NCBI RefSeq assembly: GCF_001457615.1
Contig: NZ_LN831024.1
Location: 3,450,001-3,482,000 of the forward strand
DNA: 32,000 nucleotides
Direction of reading: 5' to 3'
From: Pseudomonas aeruginosa
GTDB taxonomy: Bacteria > Pseudomonadota > Gammaproteobacteria > Pseudomonadales > Pseudomonadaceae
Part shown: positions 1 through 9,709 of the stretch, one piece after another
How the letters are laid out: the number at the start of each line of letters is the position of its first letter
How positions within the stretch are numbered: position 1 is the stretch's first letter
Position numbers and translations under genes: made by a program
The notes under the pieces: model-generated
Databases searched by the model: none
Seen by the model: only the letters and a program-made list of their open reading frames with translations
Told to the model about the DNA's origin: nothing

Positions 1-161
1 GCGGGACGACTTCTCCGCCTGCGCTCTCCCATCCCCCATGACAGCACCCGGCCGGCGACACGGGCACCGACAGCGCCAGAGCGTACCGACCGGCCTGCGT
101 AACGGGTAGCGACCGGTCGAGTTCTGGCGCGCCGGAAAAGAATCTCCACGCGGGAATCGTC

Positions 162-1571
162 ATGAAAATACTCGCCCTTCTCGCAGCCTGCCTGCTGGCA
201 GGCTGCGCCGCCAACGCCCCGCTGCGCGATGACAGCGAATCGACCTGCGCCGACATGCGGCCTTGCAGCGACAGCTACTACGAACGCCATCCGAACTACG
301 AGATCGGCTTCGTCGAATACAGCGAGCGCGGCAACGACTTCGCGCCTGCCAGAACGCAACGCCTGATCGACCAGCTAAAGCGCTACTCCGCCCGGGGGGA
401 CATCGCCATGGTGGTGTTCATTCACGGTTGGAAGCACAACGCGGGACGGGACGACGGCAACGTCGCCAGCTTCAACAAGGCACTCGCCAATCTCGCCTCC
501 TCCGGGGTGCTGGGCAAACGCAGGCTGGTCGGCCTCTATGTTGGCTGGCGGGGCAAGTCGATGCATGGCCTGTATAGCGAGAACTTGACCTACTGGGACA
601 GGAAGGCCGTCGCCGAGGAAGTCGGCCGGGGTGGCGTCGCCGAGTTGCTCGCCCAGTTGGAACGGATCGATCGCAAGGACAGGAACTATCTGGTGATCGT
701 CGGCCACAGCTTCGGCGGCGCAATCACCCTCGGCGCACTTCACGACCCGTTGCTCGAACGCCTGCTGGCTCTCCAGGACGGTCAGCGGATACGCGCCTTC
801 GGCGACGCGGTAATCATGCTGAATCCGGCGATAGAGGCCAATCAGGGCCTGCTGCTCAAGGAGAACAGCCTCAAGGTCGGCGCCCTGGGAACCCAGCCGC
901 CGCCGCTGCTGTACGTCATCAGTTCGCACGGCGACAGCGCCACCCACTTCGCCTTCCCGCTCGGCCAATGGGTCGGCGTCAACCTCACCTGGAGCCAGGT
1001 GGACCTGGACAGGACCTACAACGGAACCCGCTATCGCCTCCGGGAAGAAGACCTGGATACCACCGCCCTCGGCAACTACAGCCTGTATCGGACCGCCCTG
1101 CTGATCGACCGCGAGTGCCCGCTGCCGGATGGCAGCGACAACTGCGCGCCAAGACCGCCCGAACCACGGGTGATCGACGACACCGATATCGGCAAATGGC
1201 GCTTCAGGAGCTTCTGCAGCGCGGACGGCGGCAACGCCGATCCGGCGCTGCCGCGCATGCCCTGCTACAGCAACGAGCCGGTCAACTTCATCTACACCTC
1301 GCAGTCCTTCATCGCCGACCACAACGATATCTTCAACGACCAGGTGATCGCCTTCATGGCCACCGCCGTCAGCAAGGCCATCTACGAACGCACGGCTGGC
1401 GCCTCCTACTACCGGGAGTGCCACGACCCGGTGCGGAAGAACTTCTCGTTCGGCAAGTGCTTCGACTTCCACTACCTCAAAGCCACGGCCATGCACCGGC
1501 GGCTGCAACGGCAACTCTCGGAACCCGGCACCCGCAGCGAACAGGACGTCCTCTATGAAAACCCTCTCTAG
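162..1571 (+). CDS. Putative lipoprotein with alpha/beta-hydrolase (serine esterase/lipase-like) domain
   Basis: 469-aa ORF; N-terminus MKILALLAACLLAGCAAN has a lipobox (LLAGC); VVFIHGW oxyanion-type motif and VIVGHSFGG nucleophile elbow (GHSFG). Confidence 0.85.
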   Translation: MKILALLAACLLAGCAANAPLRDDSESTCADMRPCSDSYYERHPNYEIGFVEYSERGNDFAPARTQRLIDQLKRYSARGDIAMVVFIHGWKHNAGRDDGNVASFNKALANLASSGVLGKRRLVGLYVGWRGKSMHGLYSENLTYWDRKAVAEEVGRGGVAELLAQLERIDRKDRNYLVIVGHSFGGAITLGALHDPLLERLLALQDGQRIRAFGDAVIMLNPAIEANQGLLLKENSLKVGALGTQPPPLLYVISSHGDSATHFAFPLGQWVGVNLTWSQVDLDRTYNGTRYRLREEDLDTTALGNYSLYRTALLIDRECPLPDGSDNCAPRPPEPRVIDDTDIGKWRFRSFCSADGGNADPALPRMPCYSNEPVNFIYTSQSFIADHNDIFNDQVIAFMATAVSKAIYERTAGASYYRECHDPVRKNFSFGKCFDFHYLKATAMHRRLQRQLSEPGTRSEQDVLYENPL

Positions 1572-2223
1572 CCTGCTCCTGATCGGCTTCGCCGTCGTTC
1601 TGCTCGCCCCGCGGATGGCGCCCGCCGCCAGCGCCGCCGAAGACAAGGCCACCTATTGCGGCTCCGGCTTCACCCAGTATCTGGTTCCGGACGACGTCGC
1701 GGGCTGCTCGCTCAGCGAGGCCTGCCGCCTGCACGATATCTGCTACGGCCGCTGCGACAAGGACGGCGACCTCTACGGCAGCGCCTACTGCGCGCAAAGC
1801 GAAAAGTCCGAAGCCCGCAACATGAGCAAGCAGCAGTGCGACGCCAGGCTGCAGGCCGACATCGCCGCACAGAACGGCAACAGCCGCCTGTGCCGCGCGG
1901 TGGGAGGCGTCTACCGGGTATTCGTGAAGCACCTGGGGCAAGGTCCGTTCAATGGCCGGGAGGCACTGGACATCTACCTGAAGGTCATGCAATCGGCGCC
2001 CAGCGCAGCCGACGCCGACGCCCGCCTCGAAGCCATCCATCAGCTACAGAAGCAGGGCCTGACCGACGCCAAGGAAATCCGTTACGACGCCGAGCGTATC
2101 GTCATCCCACTCAACAGGCCCGTGGAATCGCCGTTGACCAACGGCTCGGACACTCTCGTCCTGCCGCGCAACCTCGACCGGGAACGGCTGCGCCAGCTGG
2201 ACCAGCGGCTCATCCGCCAATGA
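1555..2223 (+). CDS. Exported phospholipase A2-like protein
   Basis: 222-aa ORF; Sec-like signal (MKTLSSLLLIGFAVVLLAPRMAPAASAAE); GCSLSEACRLHDICYGRC matches the PLA2 CxxHDxCYxxC catalytic-site pattern. Start overlaps the end of the upstream hydrolase ORF by 17 bp. Confidence 0.75.
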   Translation: MKTLSSLLLIGFAVVLLAPRMAPAASAAEDKATYCGSGFTQYLVPDDVAGCSLSEACRLHDICYGRCDKDGDLYGSAYCAQSEKSEARNMSKQQCDARLQADIAAQNGNSRLCRAVGGVYRVFVKHLGQGPFNGREALDIYLKVMQSAPSAADADARLEAIHQLQKQGLTDAKEIRYDAERIVIPLNRPVESPLTNGSDTLVLPRNLDRERLRQLDQRLIRQ

Positions 2224-2226
2224 GCC

Positions 2227-4593
2227 TCAGAATAGTGCCATCTGCCGGTCGACCAAAGTGGCGAAATCATCGCCGACGAACGGCAGGATGGCGTCGGCCA
2301 CCGGCTGCAACTGCTTGCCCACGTAGTGCTCGTAGTCGATGGCCGAACGCCGCGCCTCGAGCGGCTCGGGACCGGCGACGCTGATCACGTAGCTGATCCA
2401 GCCGCCGCTCTGGTACTGCCGCGGGCGCCCGCGCTCGAGGTTGTAGTCGTCGGCGATGCGCGCCGCGCGCACATGCGGCGGCACGTTGCGCTGGTAATCG
2501 TCGAGGCGCCGGCGCAGGCGCTTGCGGTAGACCAGCAGGTCGTCCAGCTCGCCGGCCAGGGTCCGTCGTACGTAATCGCGCACGTAGTCCTGGTAGGGCT
2601 GGCGATTGAAGATGCGCAGGTAGAGTTCCTGCTGGAAGCGCTGGGCCAGCGGCGACCAGTCGGTGCGCACGGTCTCCAGGCCCTTGAAGACCATCTCCTC
2701 GCCACCGTCGGCGCGGCGCACCAGGCCGGCGTAGCGTTTCTTGCTGCCCTCCTCGGCGCCGCGCACGGTGGGCATGAGAAAACGCCGGTAATGGGTCTCG
2801 AATTGCAGCTCGAGGGCGCTGTCGAGGCCGAATTCTTCTTTCAGGTGCTCGCGCCACCAGTCGTTGACCCGCGCCACCAGCGCCCGGCCGATGGCCGCGG
2901 CCTCCTCCTCGGCGCGGGGGCTGCCGAGCCAGACGAAGGTGGAGTCGGTATCGCCATAGATCACCGTATAGCCCTCGGCCTCGATCAGCTCGCGGGTACG
3001 GCGCATGATCCGATGCCCGCGCAGGGTGATGGACGAGGCCAGGCGCGGGTCGAAGAAGCGGCAGCCGCTGGAACCCAGCACCCCGTAGAAGGCGTTCATG
3101 ATGATCTTCAACGCCTGCGAGAGCGGCTGGTTGCGTTCGCGCTTGGCCGCCTCGCGGCCCTCCCAGACCCGTGCGACGATGGCCGGCAGGCAATGCCGGG
3201 TACGCGAGAAGCGGGCGCCGCGAAAGCCTTCCACCGAGTGCTCGTCGTCCGGCTGGCGCAGGCCTTCCACCAGGCCGACCGGGTCGATCAGGAAGGTACG
3301 GATGATCGACGGATACAGGCTCTTGTAGTCGAGCACCAGCACCGATTCGTAGAGGCCCGGCCGCGAGTCCATGACGAAGCCGCCGGGACTGGCTTCCGGA
3401 CGCTTCTCGCCGAGGTTCGGGGCGACGAAGCCGGCGCGGTGCATCAACGGCATGTACAGGTGGGTGAAGGCCGCCACCGAGCCGCCGCTGCGGTCCGCCG
3501 GCAGGCCGGTGACGGTGGCCCGTTCGAGGAGGAAGTCGAGCAGTTCGGTACGGGCGAAGATCCGCGTCACCAATTCGCAGTCCTTCAGGTTGTAGTGCGC
3601 GAGGGCCGGCTTGTCCTCGGCGAACATGCGATCGATCTCGTCCATCCGCTGGTACGGATTGTCGATCGCCTTGCCTTCGCCGAGCAGGGTCCGGGCGACG
3701 TTCTCCAGGCTGAACGAGGGGAAGCTCCAGGTCGCCGAGCGCAGCGCCTCGATGCCATCGATGATCAGGCGGCCGGCCGCCGCGGCGAAAAAGTGGTTGT
3801 TGCGGCTGCCGTGCTCGCGCCAGCCCATTTCGTCGCCGCCACGCCCCAGGCGCAGCGGCACCTTCAGGCGCTGGGCATGCTCATGCAGGACGCGCAGGTC
3901 GAACTGCACCAGGTTCCAGCCGATGATGGCGTCGGGGTCGTGCTCGGCCAGCCACTGGTTGAGACGTTCCAGCAGCCCGGCACGGCTGTCGCAATAGTCG
4001 AGGCGGAAATCCACGGCCGCGGCATCGCCGTTGGCCGGGCCGAGCATGTATACCTGGCGCTGGCCGCAGCCTTCCAGGGCGATGGAGTAGAGATCGCCGC
4101 GGGCGTTGGTCTCGATGTCCAGCGACACCAGGCGCAGGCGCGGGCGATAGTCCGGAGCCGGCTTCAGGCGCCGGGCGAGCAGGCTGCCGTCAGCCTCGAC
4201 ACTCGCCTCCAGGCTGACCGGCGCGGTGATGAAGCGCTCCATCAGGTAGCGCTCCGGCGGCCGGATATCGGCCTCGAACACCTCGACGCCGGCCTGGCGC
4301 AAGCGTTTCTCCAGATTCATCAGTTGGCGATGCTGCTGGCAGTACAGGCCGAGCACCGGCCGCTGCTGGAAGTCGCGCAGCGCCAGCGGCCGCAGCTCGG
4401 CGCCAGTCTCCCCGGCGAGCAGGGACTCGACGCGCCCGCGCTGCTCGGCGAGGACGAACGCCACCGACGGCTGCGGCGGCAGCCGCACCTGCCGCGGGCC
4501 CTGCTCGGTCGCCAGCCAGAACGCGACTTCCGTGCCGGCCGGCGTATCGCGCCAGTGCCGGGTCAGGACGAACCCTTGCAGTAACTCCACCAT
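2227..4593 (-). CDS. polB: DNA polymerase II (family B)
   Basis: 788-aa ORF; exonuclease motif SLDIETN, polymerase motifs [30 protein letters not shown] and YGDTDSTFV. Confidence 0.97.
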   Translation of the reverse strand: MVELLQGFVLTRHWRDTPAGTEVAFWLATEQGPRQVRLPPQPSVAFVLAEQRGRVESLLAGETGAELRPLALRDFQQRPVLGLYCQQHRQLMNLEKRLRQAGVEVFEADIRPPERYLMERFITAPVSLEASVEADGSLLARRLKPAPDYRPRLRLVSLDIETNARGDLYSIALEGCGQRQVYMLGPANGDAAAVDFRLDYCDSRAGLLERLNQWLAEHDPDAIIGWNLVQFDLRVLHEHAQRLKVPLRLGRGGDEMGWREHGSRNNHFFAAAAGRLIIDGIEALRSATWSFPSFSLENVARTLLGEGKAIDNPYQRMDEIDRMFAEDKPALAHYNLKDCELVTRIFARTELLDFLLERATVTGLPADRSGGSVAAFTHLYMPLMHRAGFVAPNLGEKRPEASPGGFVMDSRPGLYESVLVLDYKSLYPSIIRTFLIDPVGLVEGLRQPDDEHSVEGFRGARFSRTRHCLPAIVARVWEGREAAKRERNQPLSQALKIIMNAFYGVLGSSGCRFFDPRLASSITLRGHRIMRRTRELIEAEGYTVIYGDTDSTFVWLGSPRAEEEAAAIGRALVARVNDWWREHLKEEFGLDSALELQFETHYRRFLMPTVRGAEEGSKKRYAGLVRRADGGEEMVFKGLETVRTDWSPLAQRFQQELYLRIFNRQPYQDYVRDYVRRTLAGELDDLLVYRKRLRRRLDDYQRNVPPHVRAARIADDYNLERGRPRQYQSGGWISYVISVAGPEPLEARRSAIDYEHYVGKQLQPVADAILPFVGDDFATLVDRQMALF

Positions 4594-4658
4594 CGACCCC
4601 GAATCTCTCGCATCCGCCGATTCTACCCGGCCTGCCTTGGGAACGCCGGCATCTTCGG

Positions 4659-5192
4659 TCAGCCGGCAGCAGCCAGGCGCTTGTAGAAATAGGTGGTGGG
4701 ACAGGGCGTGCCGTCCGGCATCAGGGCGTAGTCCGGGATTTCCCCGACCCGTGTCCAGCCGGTCTTCAGGTACAGCCGTTCGGCGGCGCTGCCGCTGACC
4801 GTATCCAGCACCAGCAGGGACTTGCCGCAGGCCCGGGCGAGCCGGTCCAGCTCGCCCATCAGCGCCTCGCCGATGCCGCGCCGACGCGCACGCCGGTGCA
4901 CCAGCATCTTCGCCACGTCGGCGCGGTGCGGCTGGTTCGGCGGTTGGTCGAGGAGCAGTTGCACGGTACCGACGATCCGCCCCTCCGCTTCCGCCACCAG
5001 CAGCAGGCGTTCATCGCCCGCCACGCTCTCGCCGACGCCGCGCCAGAAAGCCAGCGCCCGCTCCCGCGGCAACGGCCACATGAAGCTGACCGAAGCCCCG
5101 CCTTCCACGCAGTCCAGCAGTACCTCGGCCAGTTCGTCCAGGCGCGCCAGGATCTCCTCGCCAGCCAGGCGGCGAATCGTCGGTTCGGTCAT
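4659..5192 (-). CDS. GNAT-family N-acetyltransferase
   Basis: Within ORF 4659..5417; chosen start MTEPTIRRL gives 177 aa with an acetyl-CoA-binding type motif ([20 protein letters not shown]). The upstream ORF extension crosses the divergent gene. Confidence 0.88.
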   Translation of the reverse strand: MTEPTIRRLAGEEILARLDELAEVLLDCVEGGASVSFMWPLPRERALAFWRGVGESVAGDERLLLVAEAEGRIVGTVQLLLDQPPNQPHRADVAKMLVHRRARRRGIGEALMGELDRLARACGKSLLVLDTVSGSAAERLYLKTGWTRVGEIPDYALMPDGTPCPTTYFYKRLAAAG

Positions 5193-5222
5193 CGCGGGCA
5201 AGCTCCAATGCAAGGTCGAATT

Positions 5223-5236
5223 TCCAATATATTGGA
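5223..5236. promoter_or_regulatory. Perfect 14-bp palindrome TCCAATATATTGGA, candidate operator between divergent genes
   Basis: Read directly; lies in the 55-bp gap between the GNAT gene and the XRE-cupin regulator start at 5248. Confidence 0.55.
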
Positions 5237-5247
5237 CAGTGACTATC

Positions 5248-5829
5248 ATGGACGAGAAAAATCCGCCAGGGCCACTCATGGATATCGACGAACTGATTGC
5301 CCGACGCCTAGCCGCCCTGCGCAAGGAGCGCGAGCTGACCCTCGCCCAACTGGCCGAACGCTGCGCGGTGAGCAAGGCGATGATCTCGCGCATCGAGCGC
5401 AACCAAAGCAGCCCCACCGCCAGCGTCCTCGGCCGTCTCGCCGGCGGCCTGGGGGTCGCCCTCTCCGAGCTGCTCGGCGACGCGCAGGCGCCGGCCGAAC
5501 CGCTCTGCCGGCGCGCGCAGCAGGAAGTGTGGGAAGACCCGGCCAGCGGCTACCGCCGCCGCCAGGTCGGCGCTCTCGATCCGCGCAGCGGCTGCGAGAT
5601 GGTGGAAGTGGAGATCCCGGCGAACGCCCGCCTCGACTATCCCCGCTGGGGCGGCCGGCCCTACCGGCAGCGCCTGTGGCTGGTCGAGGGTGCGCTGCGG
5701 GTGGATTACGGCGAGCAGTCGTTCCACCTGCAACGCGGCGACCGCCTGGACTTCGGCGTCGACCGCGCGGTGACCTTCGCCACCGCCGGGCAAGCCTGCC
5801 GCTACCTGCTGGTGATCCTCCACGACTAG
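5248..5829 (+). CDS. XRE-family transcriptional regulator with C-terminal cupin domain
   Basis: [68 protein letters not shown], then cupin-like C-terminus ([18 protein letters not shown]). An internal ATG at 5278 is an alternative start. The 4822 start given in the ORF track overlaps the GNAT gene. Confidence 0.88.
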   Translation: MDEKNPPGPLMDIDELIARRLAALRKERELTLAQLAERCAVSKAMISRIERNQSSPTASVLGRLAGGLGVALSELLGDAQAPAEPLCRRAQQEVWEDPASGYRRRQVGALDPRSGCEMVEVEIPANARLDYPRWGGRPYRQRLWLVEGALRVDYGEQSFHLQRGDRLDFGVDRAVTFATAGQACRYLLVILHD

Positions 5830-6224
5830 TCGTGCGGCTTTTTCCGCCGGCGCTCCGGCGACCAGTCGAGGGCGCCGACCCGGTGCAGGTAGAACAGTCC
5901 GACCAGCAGCAGGGAGACGAACAGCGTCGCCTCGACGAAACCCGCCCAGCCATTCTCCCGCAGCGACACCGCCCAGAGGTAGAGGAACGGCATCTCGATG
6001 CCGAAGATCACGAACAGCATGGCGACCAACGCGTACTTGACCGAGAAGCGCAAGCGCGACGAGCCGGTGGAATCCACCCCCGACTCGAACGGCAGGTTCT
6101 TCGCCCGGCCATGCGATCGGCCGCCCAGCACCCGGCCCAACCCCAGCATGAGCAGGCAAAGGGCGAGCGCGCCGAAGAGGTAGGCGAGCAAGGCCCAGGT
6201 CGCGGGAGCGAAGGATGCGTACAT
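5826..6224 (-). CDS. NADH-quinone oxidoreductase subunit A-like protein (NuoA family), orphan paralogue
   Basis: 132 aa; [45 protein letters not shown] is characteristic of the NuoA/NdhC family; no other nuo genes nearby. Confidence 0.88.
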   Translation of the reverse strand: MYASFAPATWALLAYLFGALALCLLMLGLGRVLGGRSHGRAKNLPFESGVDSTGSSRLRFSVKYALVAMLFVIFGIEMPFLYLWAVSLRENGWAGFVEATLFVSLLLVGLFYLHRVGALDWSPERRRKKPHD

Positions 6225-6236
6225 GATGGTCGCCCC

Positions 6237-6560
6237 TCAGCCCTGACGGGTCGCCAGCTTGAGAATGACGATGCCGGCCACGATCAGCCCCACCGCCAGC
6301 AGCCGCAACGGGCTCGGGCTTTCGCCGAAGAGCAGGATGCCCAGGGCGAAGGCGCCGACCGCACCGATGCCGACCCAGATGGTGTAGGCCGTGCCGAGGG
6401 GCAGGGTTTTCATGGAAACGGCCAGCAGGCCGAAGCTGAGGATCATGAACAGCAGGGTGACCAGGCTCGGCCACAGGCGGGTGAAGCCGGCCGACTCCTT
6501 CATGGCCGTGGCCCAGACGATTTCGAAGACACCGGCGAGCAAGAGATAGATCCACGCCAT
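6237..6560 (-). CDS. gdx: Small multidrug resistance family transporter, Gdx/SugE subtype (guanidinium exporter)
   Basis: 107 aa: [32 protein letters not shown]...[29 protein letters not shown]; SugE/Gdx-like sequence. Start placed at 6560 (not 7559); preceded by SD-like AGAGAGG and a guanidine-II riboswitch. Confidence 0.92.
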   Translation of the reverse strand: MAWIYLLLAGVFEIVWATAMKESAGFTRLWPSLVTLLFMILSFGLLAVSMKTLPLGTAYTIWVGIGAVGAFALGILLFGESPSPLRLLAVGLIVAGIVILKLATRQG

Positions 6561-6573
6561 TTTCAGCCTCTCT

Positions 6574-6621
6574 GCAGGGTCGTCCCCGCGCAATGAAAGA
6601 GGGAAAACGGGTCGTCCCGCT
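6574..6621 (-). ncRNA. Guanidine-II riboswitch (mini-ykkC)
   Basis: Minus strand reads AGCGGG-ACGA-CCCGTT (6606..6621), a 16-nt linker with CCTCTTTC, then GCGGGG-ACGA-CCCTGC (6574..6589), then AGAGAGG SD and ATG. Two hairpins with ACGR loops just upstream of a gdx/sugE gene is the mini-ykkC signature. Confidence 0.93.
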
Positions 6622-6890
6622 TCCGGCTGAAAGTGCGTGCCGCCCGGGCGGGCGTCAGTCACCGACGGCAGCGATCCTAGCGCGTTGCCGATGCCGGGTG
6701 AACGCCTGCGCCGACGGAGTTGTTTCGCCGCGTTTCCGCGCCGTGCCCGCCGGGACGCTCGGCAGGATTGATCTAGACTTTCGCAGGATCGTGCAAGGCG
6801 TCCGTTTCGTCCTTCGCGCACACTTCGCCCGATGCATCCCTGCCTGATAAGAGATAACGCCCTGCCCGGGCCTTTCCGTGGAGAATCAGC

Positions 6891-7352
6891 ATGCCCACCT
6901 CGCTCGTCCTGAACGGCAAGAACGTCACCCTCGACGTCGATCCCAACATGCCCCTGCTCTGGGCCATCCGGGAAAGCGCCGGCCTGCACGGCACCAAGTT
7001 CGGCTGCGGCATGGCCCAGTGCGGTGCCTGCACCGTGCAGCTGGACGGCACCGCGGTACGTTCCTGCGTGCTGCCGGTCTCCGCGGTCGCCGGCAAGCGC
7101 GTCACCACCATCGAGGGTATCCAGAGCAAGCCCGGCAAGGCCGTGCAGGACGCCTGGGTCAAGCTCCAGGTACCGCAGTGCGGCTACTGCCAGTCCGGCC
7201 AGATCATGTCCGCCACCGCGCTGCTGGAGCAGAACGCCAGCCCCAGCGACGCCGACATCGATGCCGCGATGAACGGCAACATCTGCCGCTGCGCCGCCTA
7301 TGTGCGGATCCGCGCCGCCATCCACGAAGCCGCCGACACCCTGAAGGCCTGA
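6891..7352 (+). CDS. (2Fe-2S)-binding small subunit of xanthine oxidase/isoquinoline oxidoreductase-family molybdoenzyme
   Basis: 153 aa; [17 protein letters not shown] and [10 protein letters not shown]...GNICRCAAY, both [2Fe-2S] cysteine motifs. Confidence 0.94.
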   Translation: MPTSLVLNGKNVTLDVDPNMPLLWAIRESAGLHGTKFGCGMAQCGACTVQLDGTAVRSCVLPVSAVAGKRVTTIEGIQSKPGKAVQDAWVKLQVPQCGYCQSGQIMSATALLEQNASPSDADIDAAMNGNICRCAAYVRIRAAIHEAADTLKA

Positions 7353-7356
7353 CGCC

Positions 7357-9552
7357 ATGAACAGCAAGATCGATCTGAGCAACGCCCTGCCCGGCTCGCG
7401 CCGCGGCTTCCTCAAAGGCGCCGCGGTGGTCGGCCTGACCATCGGCTTCCAGTGGAGCGGAGCCCGGCGTGCCCTCGCCGCGGCCCTGCCGGACGCCGGC
7501 TTCGCGCCCAACGCCTTCCTGCGGATCGCTCCGGACGACAGTGTCACGGTGATCGCCAAGCACGTGGAGATGGGCCAGGGTGCCTATACCGGTATCGCCA
7601 CCATCGTCGCCGAGGAACTCGACGCGGACTGGAGCAAGGTCCGCGTGGAAAGCGCGCCCGCCGACGCCAAGCGCTACGCCAACCTGGCCTTCGGCACCAT
7701 GCAGGGCACCGGCGGCAGTTCGGCGATGGCCAACTCCTGGATGCAATTGCGCGAGGCCGGGGCCAAGGCGCGCGCGATGCTGGTCGAGGCCGCCGCCCGC
7801 CAGTGGCGAGTGCCGGCCACCGAACTGCGCACCCGCGACGGCTTCGTCGAACATCCGGCCAGCCAGCGCAAGGCCAGCTACGGTTCGCTGGCCGCTGCGG
7901 CGGCGGAACTGCCGGTGCCGGAAAAAGTGCAATTGAAGGATCCCAAGGACTTCCGCCTGATCGGTCACCAGGCGCCGCGCGTCGACGTTCCCGGCAAGAC
8001 CGACGGCAGTGCGCAATTCACCCTCGACGTCAGCCTGCCCGGCATGCTGGTCGCCCTGCTCCAGCGCCCGCCGCTGTTCGGCGCCACGGTGAAATCGTTC
8101 GACGCCACGGCGACCAGGGCGATTCCGGGGGTGGTCGAGGTGGTCCAGGTGCCGCACGGCGTGGCGGTGGTCGCCAAGGGCTTCTGGGCGGCGAAGCAAG
8201 GCCGCGACGCGCTCAAGGTCGAGTGGGACGAGAGCAAGGCCGAGAAGCGTGGTTCCGAGGCGCTGATGGCGGAGTACCGCAAGCTCGCCGAGCAACCCGG
8301 CAAGCCCGCGCGCAGGGACGGCGACGCCGCCAAGGCGGTGGCCGGGGCGACCCGCAGGATCGCCGCCAGCTACGAGTTCCCGTTCCTCGCCCATGCGCCG
8401 ATGGAGCCGCTGGACGCGGTGGTCAGGCTGACCGCCGACAGCTGCGAGATCTGGGCCGGCGACCAGTTCCAGACCGTCGACCAGGGCAACGCGGCGCGCA
8501 CCGCCGGGCTGAAGCCGGAGCAGGTGAAGATCAATACGCTCTACGCCGGCGGCAGCTTCGGCCGGCGCGCCAACGCCTGGTCGGACTATATCGTCGAGGC
8601 GGTATCGATCGCCAAGGCGCTGGGCGCCAACGGCGTGCCGGTGAAGCTGCAATGGACCCGCGAGGACGACATCCACGGCGGTTTCTACCGGCCGATGTAC
8701 TACCACCGGCTCGAAGCCGGGCTCGACGCCGACGGCAAGCTGGTCGGCTGGCAACATCGCATCGTCGGCCAGTCGATCCTGGAAGGCACGCCGTTCGCCG
8801 CGGTGATGGTCAAGGACGGCATCGACGCCACCTCGGTGGAAGGCGCCGCCAACCTGCCCTATGCGGTGCCCAATGTCTCGGTCGAGCTGAGCACCACCCA
8901 GGTCGGCGTGCCGGTCCTGTGGTGGCGGGTGGTCGGCAGCTCGCACACGGTCTACGCGGTGGAGGCGTTCATCGACGAGGCGGCGCAGGCCGCCGGCAAG
9001 GACCCCTACCTGTTCCGCCGCGACCTGCTGGCAGAGCAGCCGCGCCTGCGCGGCGTGCTCGAACTGGCTGCGGAAAAGGCCGGCTGGGACCCGTCCAGGC
9101 CGCTGCCCGCCGGGCGCGGGCGCGGGATCGCGGTGACCGAGGCATTCAAGACCTTCGTCGCCCAGGTGGTCGAGGTCTCGGTGGACAAGGACGGCAAGCT
9201 GAAGGTCGAGCGGGTGGTCTGTGCGGTGGACTGTGGCATCCCGATCAACCCGGACGTGATCGCCGCGCAGATGGAGGGCGGCATCGGCTTCGGCCTCGGC
9301 GCGATCCTGCACAGCGCGATCACCCTGAAGGACGGCAAGGTCGAGCAGAACAACTTCGACGGCTACCAGGTGCTGCGGATCGCCGAGATGCCCAAGGTCG
9401 AAGTGCACATCGTGCCCTCCGGCGAAGCGCCCACCGGGGTCGGCGAACCCGGTGTGGCGCCCATCGGCCCGGCGCTGGCCAATGCGATCTTCGCCGCCAC
9501 CGGGCAACGCCTGTACAACCTGCCCTTCCCCACCTCCTTCGCCAAGGCCTGA
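7357..9552 (+). CDS. Molybdopterin-binding large subunit of aldehyde/isoquinoline oxidoreductase family, Tat-exported
   Basis: 731 aa; twin-arginine signal [19 protein letters not shown]; [11 protein letters not shown]; [23 protein letters not shown]-terminal active-site region. Starts 5 bp after the small subunit. Confidence 0.93.
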   Translation: MNSKIDLSNALPGSRRGFLKGAAVVGLTIGFQWSGARRALAAALPDAGFAPNAFLRIAPDDSVTVIAKHVEMGQGAYTGIATIVAEELDADWSKVRVESAPADAKRYANLAFGTMQGTGGSSAMANSWMQLREAGAKARAMLVEAAARQWRVPATELRTRDGFVEHPASQRKASYGSLAAAAAELPVPEKVQLKDPKDFRLIGHQAPRVDVPGKTDGSAQFTLDVSLPGMLVALLQRPPLFGATVKSFDATATRAIPGVVEVVQVPHGVAVVAKGFWAAKQGRDALKVEWDESKAEKRGSEALMAEYRKLAEQPGKPARRDGDAAKAVAGATRRIAASYEFPFLAHAPMEPLDAVVRLTADSCEIWAGDQFQTVDQGNAARTAGLKPEQVKINTLYAGGSFGRRANAWSDYIVEAVSIAKALGANGVPVKLQWTREDDIHGGFYRPMYYHRLEAGLDADGKLVGWQHRIVGQSILEGTPFAAVMVKDGIDATSVEGAANLPYAVPNVSVELSTTQVGVPVLWWRVVGSSHTVYAVEAFIDEAAQAAGKDPYLFRRDLLAEQPRLRGVLELAAEKAGWDPSRPLPAGRGRGIAVTEAFKTFVAQVVEVSVDKDGKLKVERVVCAVDCGIPINPDVIAAQMEGGIGFGLGAILHSAITLKDGKVEQNNFDGYQVLRIAEMPKVEVHIVPSGEAPTGVGEPGVAPIGPALANAIFAATGQRLYNLPFPTSFAKA

Positions 9553-9709
9553 GCGAGACGCCCGCCGGCAGCTCCACGGCTGCCGGCGCGGCGCGGGCGG
9601 CCCTCCGAGGATCGCCGCCGACCATACGGGTCCCCCCGGTGTCGCGCCGATTTGCCTCCGCCCGGCGTCGGGCGCAGACTTCAGCGTCCATTCGCCCGCG
9701 TAGCCAAGC

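Noticed and set aside
1-161. GCGGGACGAC at the window start and GACCGG/CCGGTC dyads upstream of the lipoprotein gene
   Set aside because: The GGGACGAC resembles a guanidine-II hairpin half but has no CCCG pairing arm or second hairpin; the dyads are short and expected in GC-rich sequence.
2326-4584. 752-aa + strand ORF opposite polB, and other similar shadow ORFs (12571..14478 +, 12071..13978 -, 29209..30987 +, 375..1652 -)
   Set aside because: Each overlaps a gene with clear family motifs and its own translation has typical high-GC shadow composition.
6561-7559. N-terminal extension of the 440-aa ORF ending at 6237
   Set aside because: The true SMR protein is the last 107 aa; the extension runs through the riboswitch, the intergenic region and the antisense strand of the oxidoreductase small subunit.
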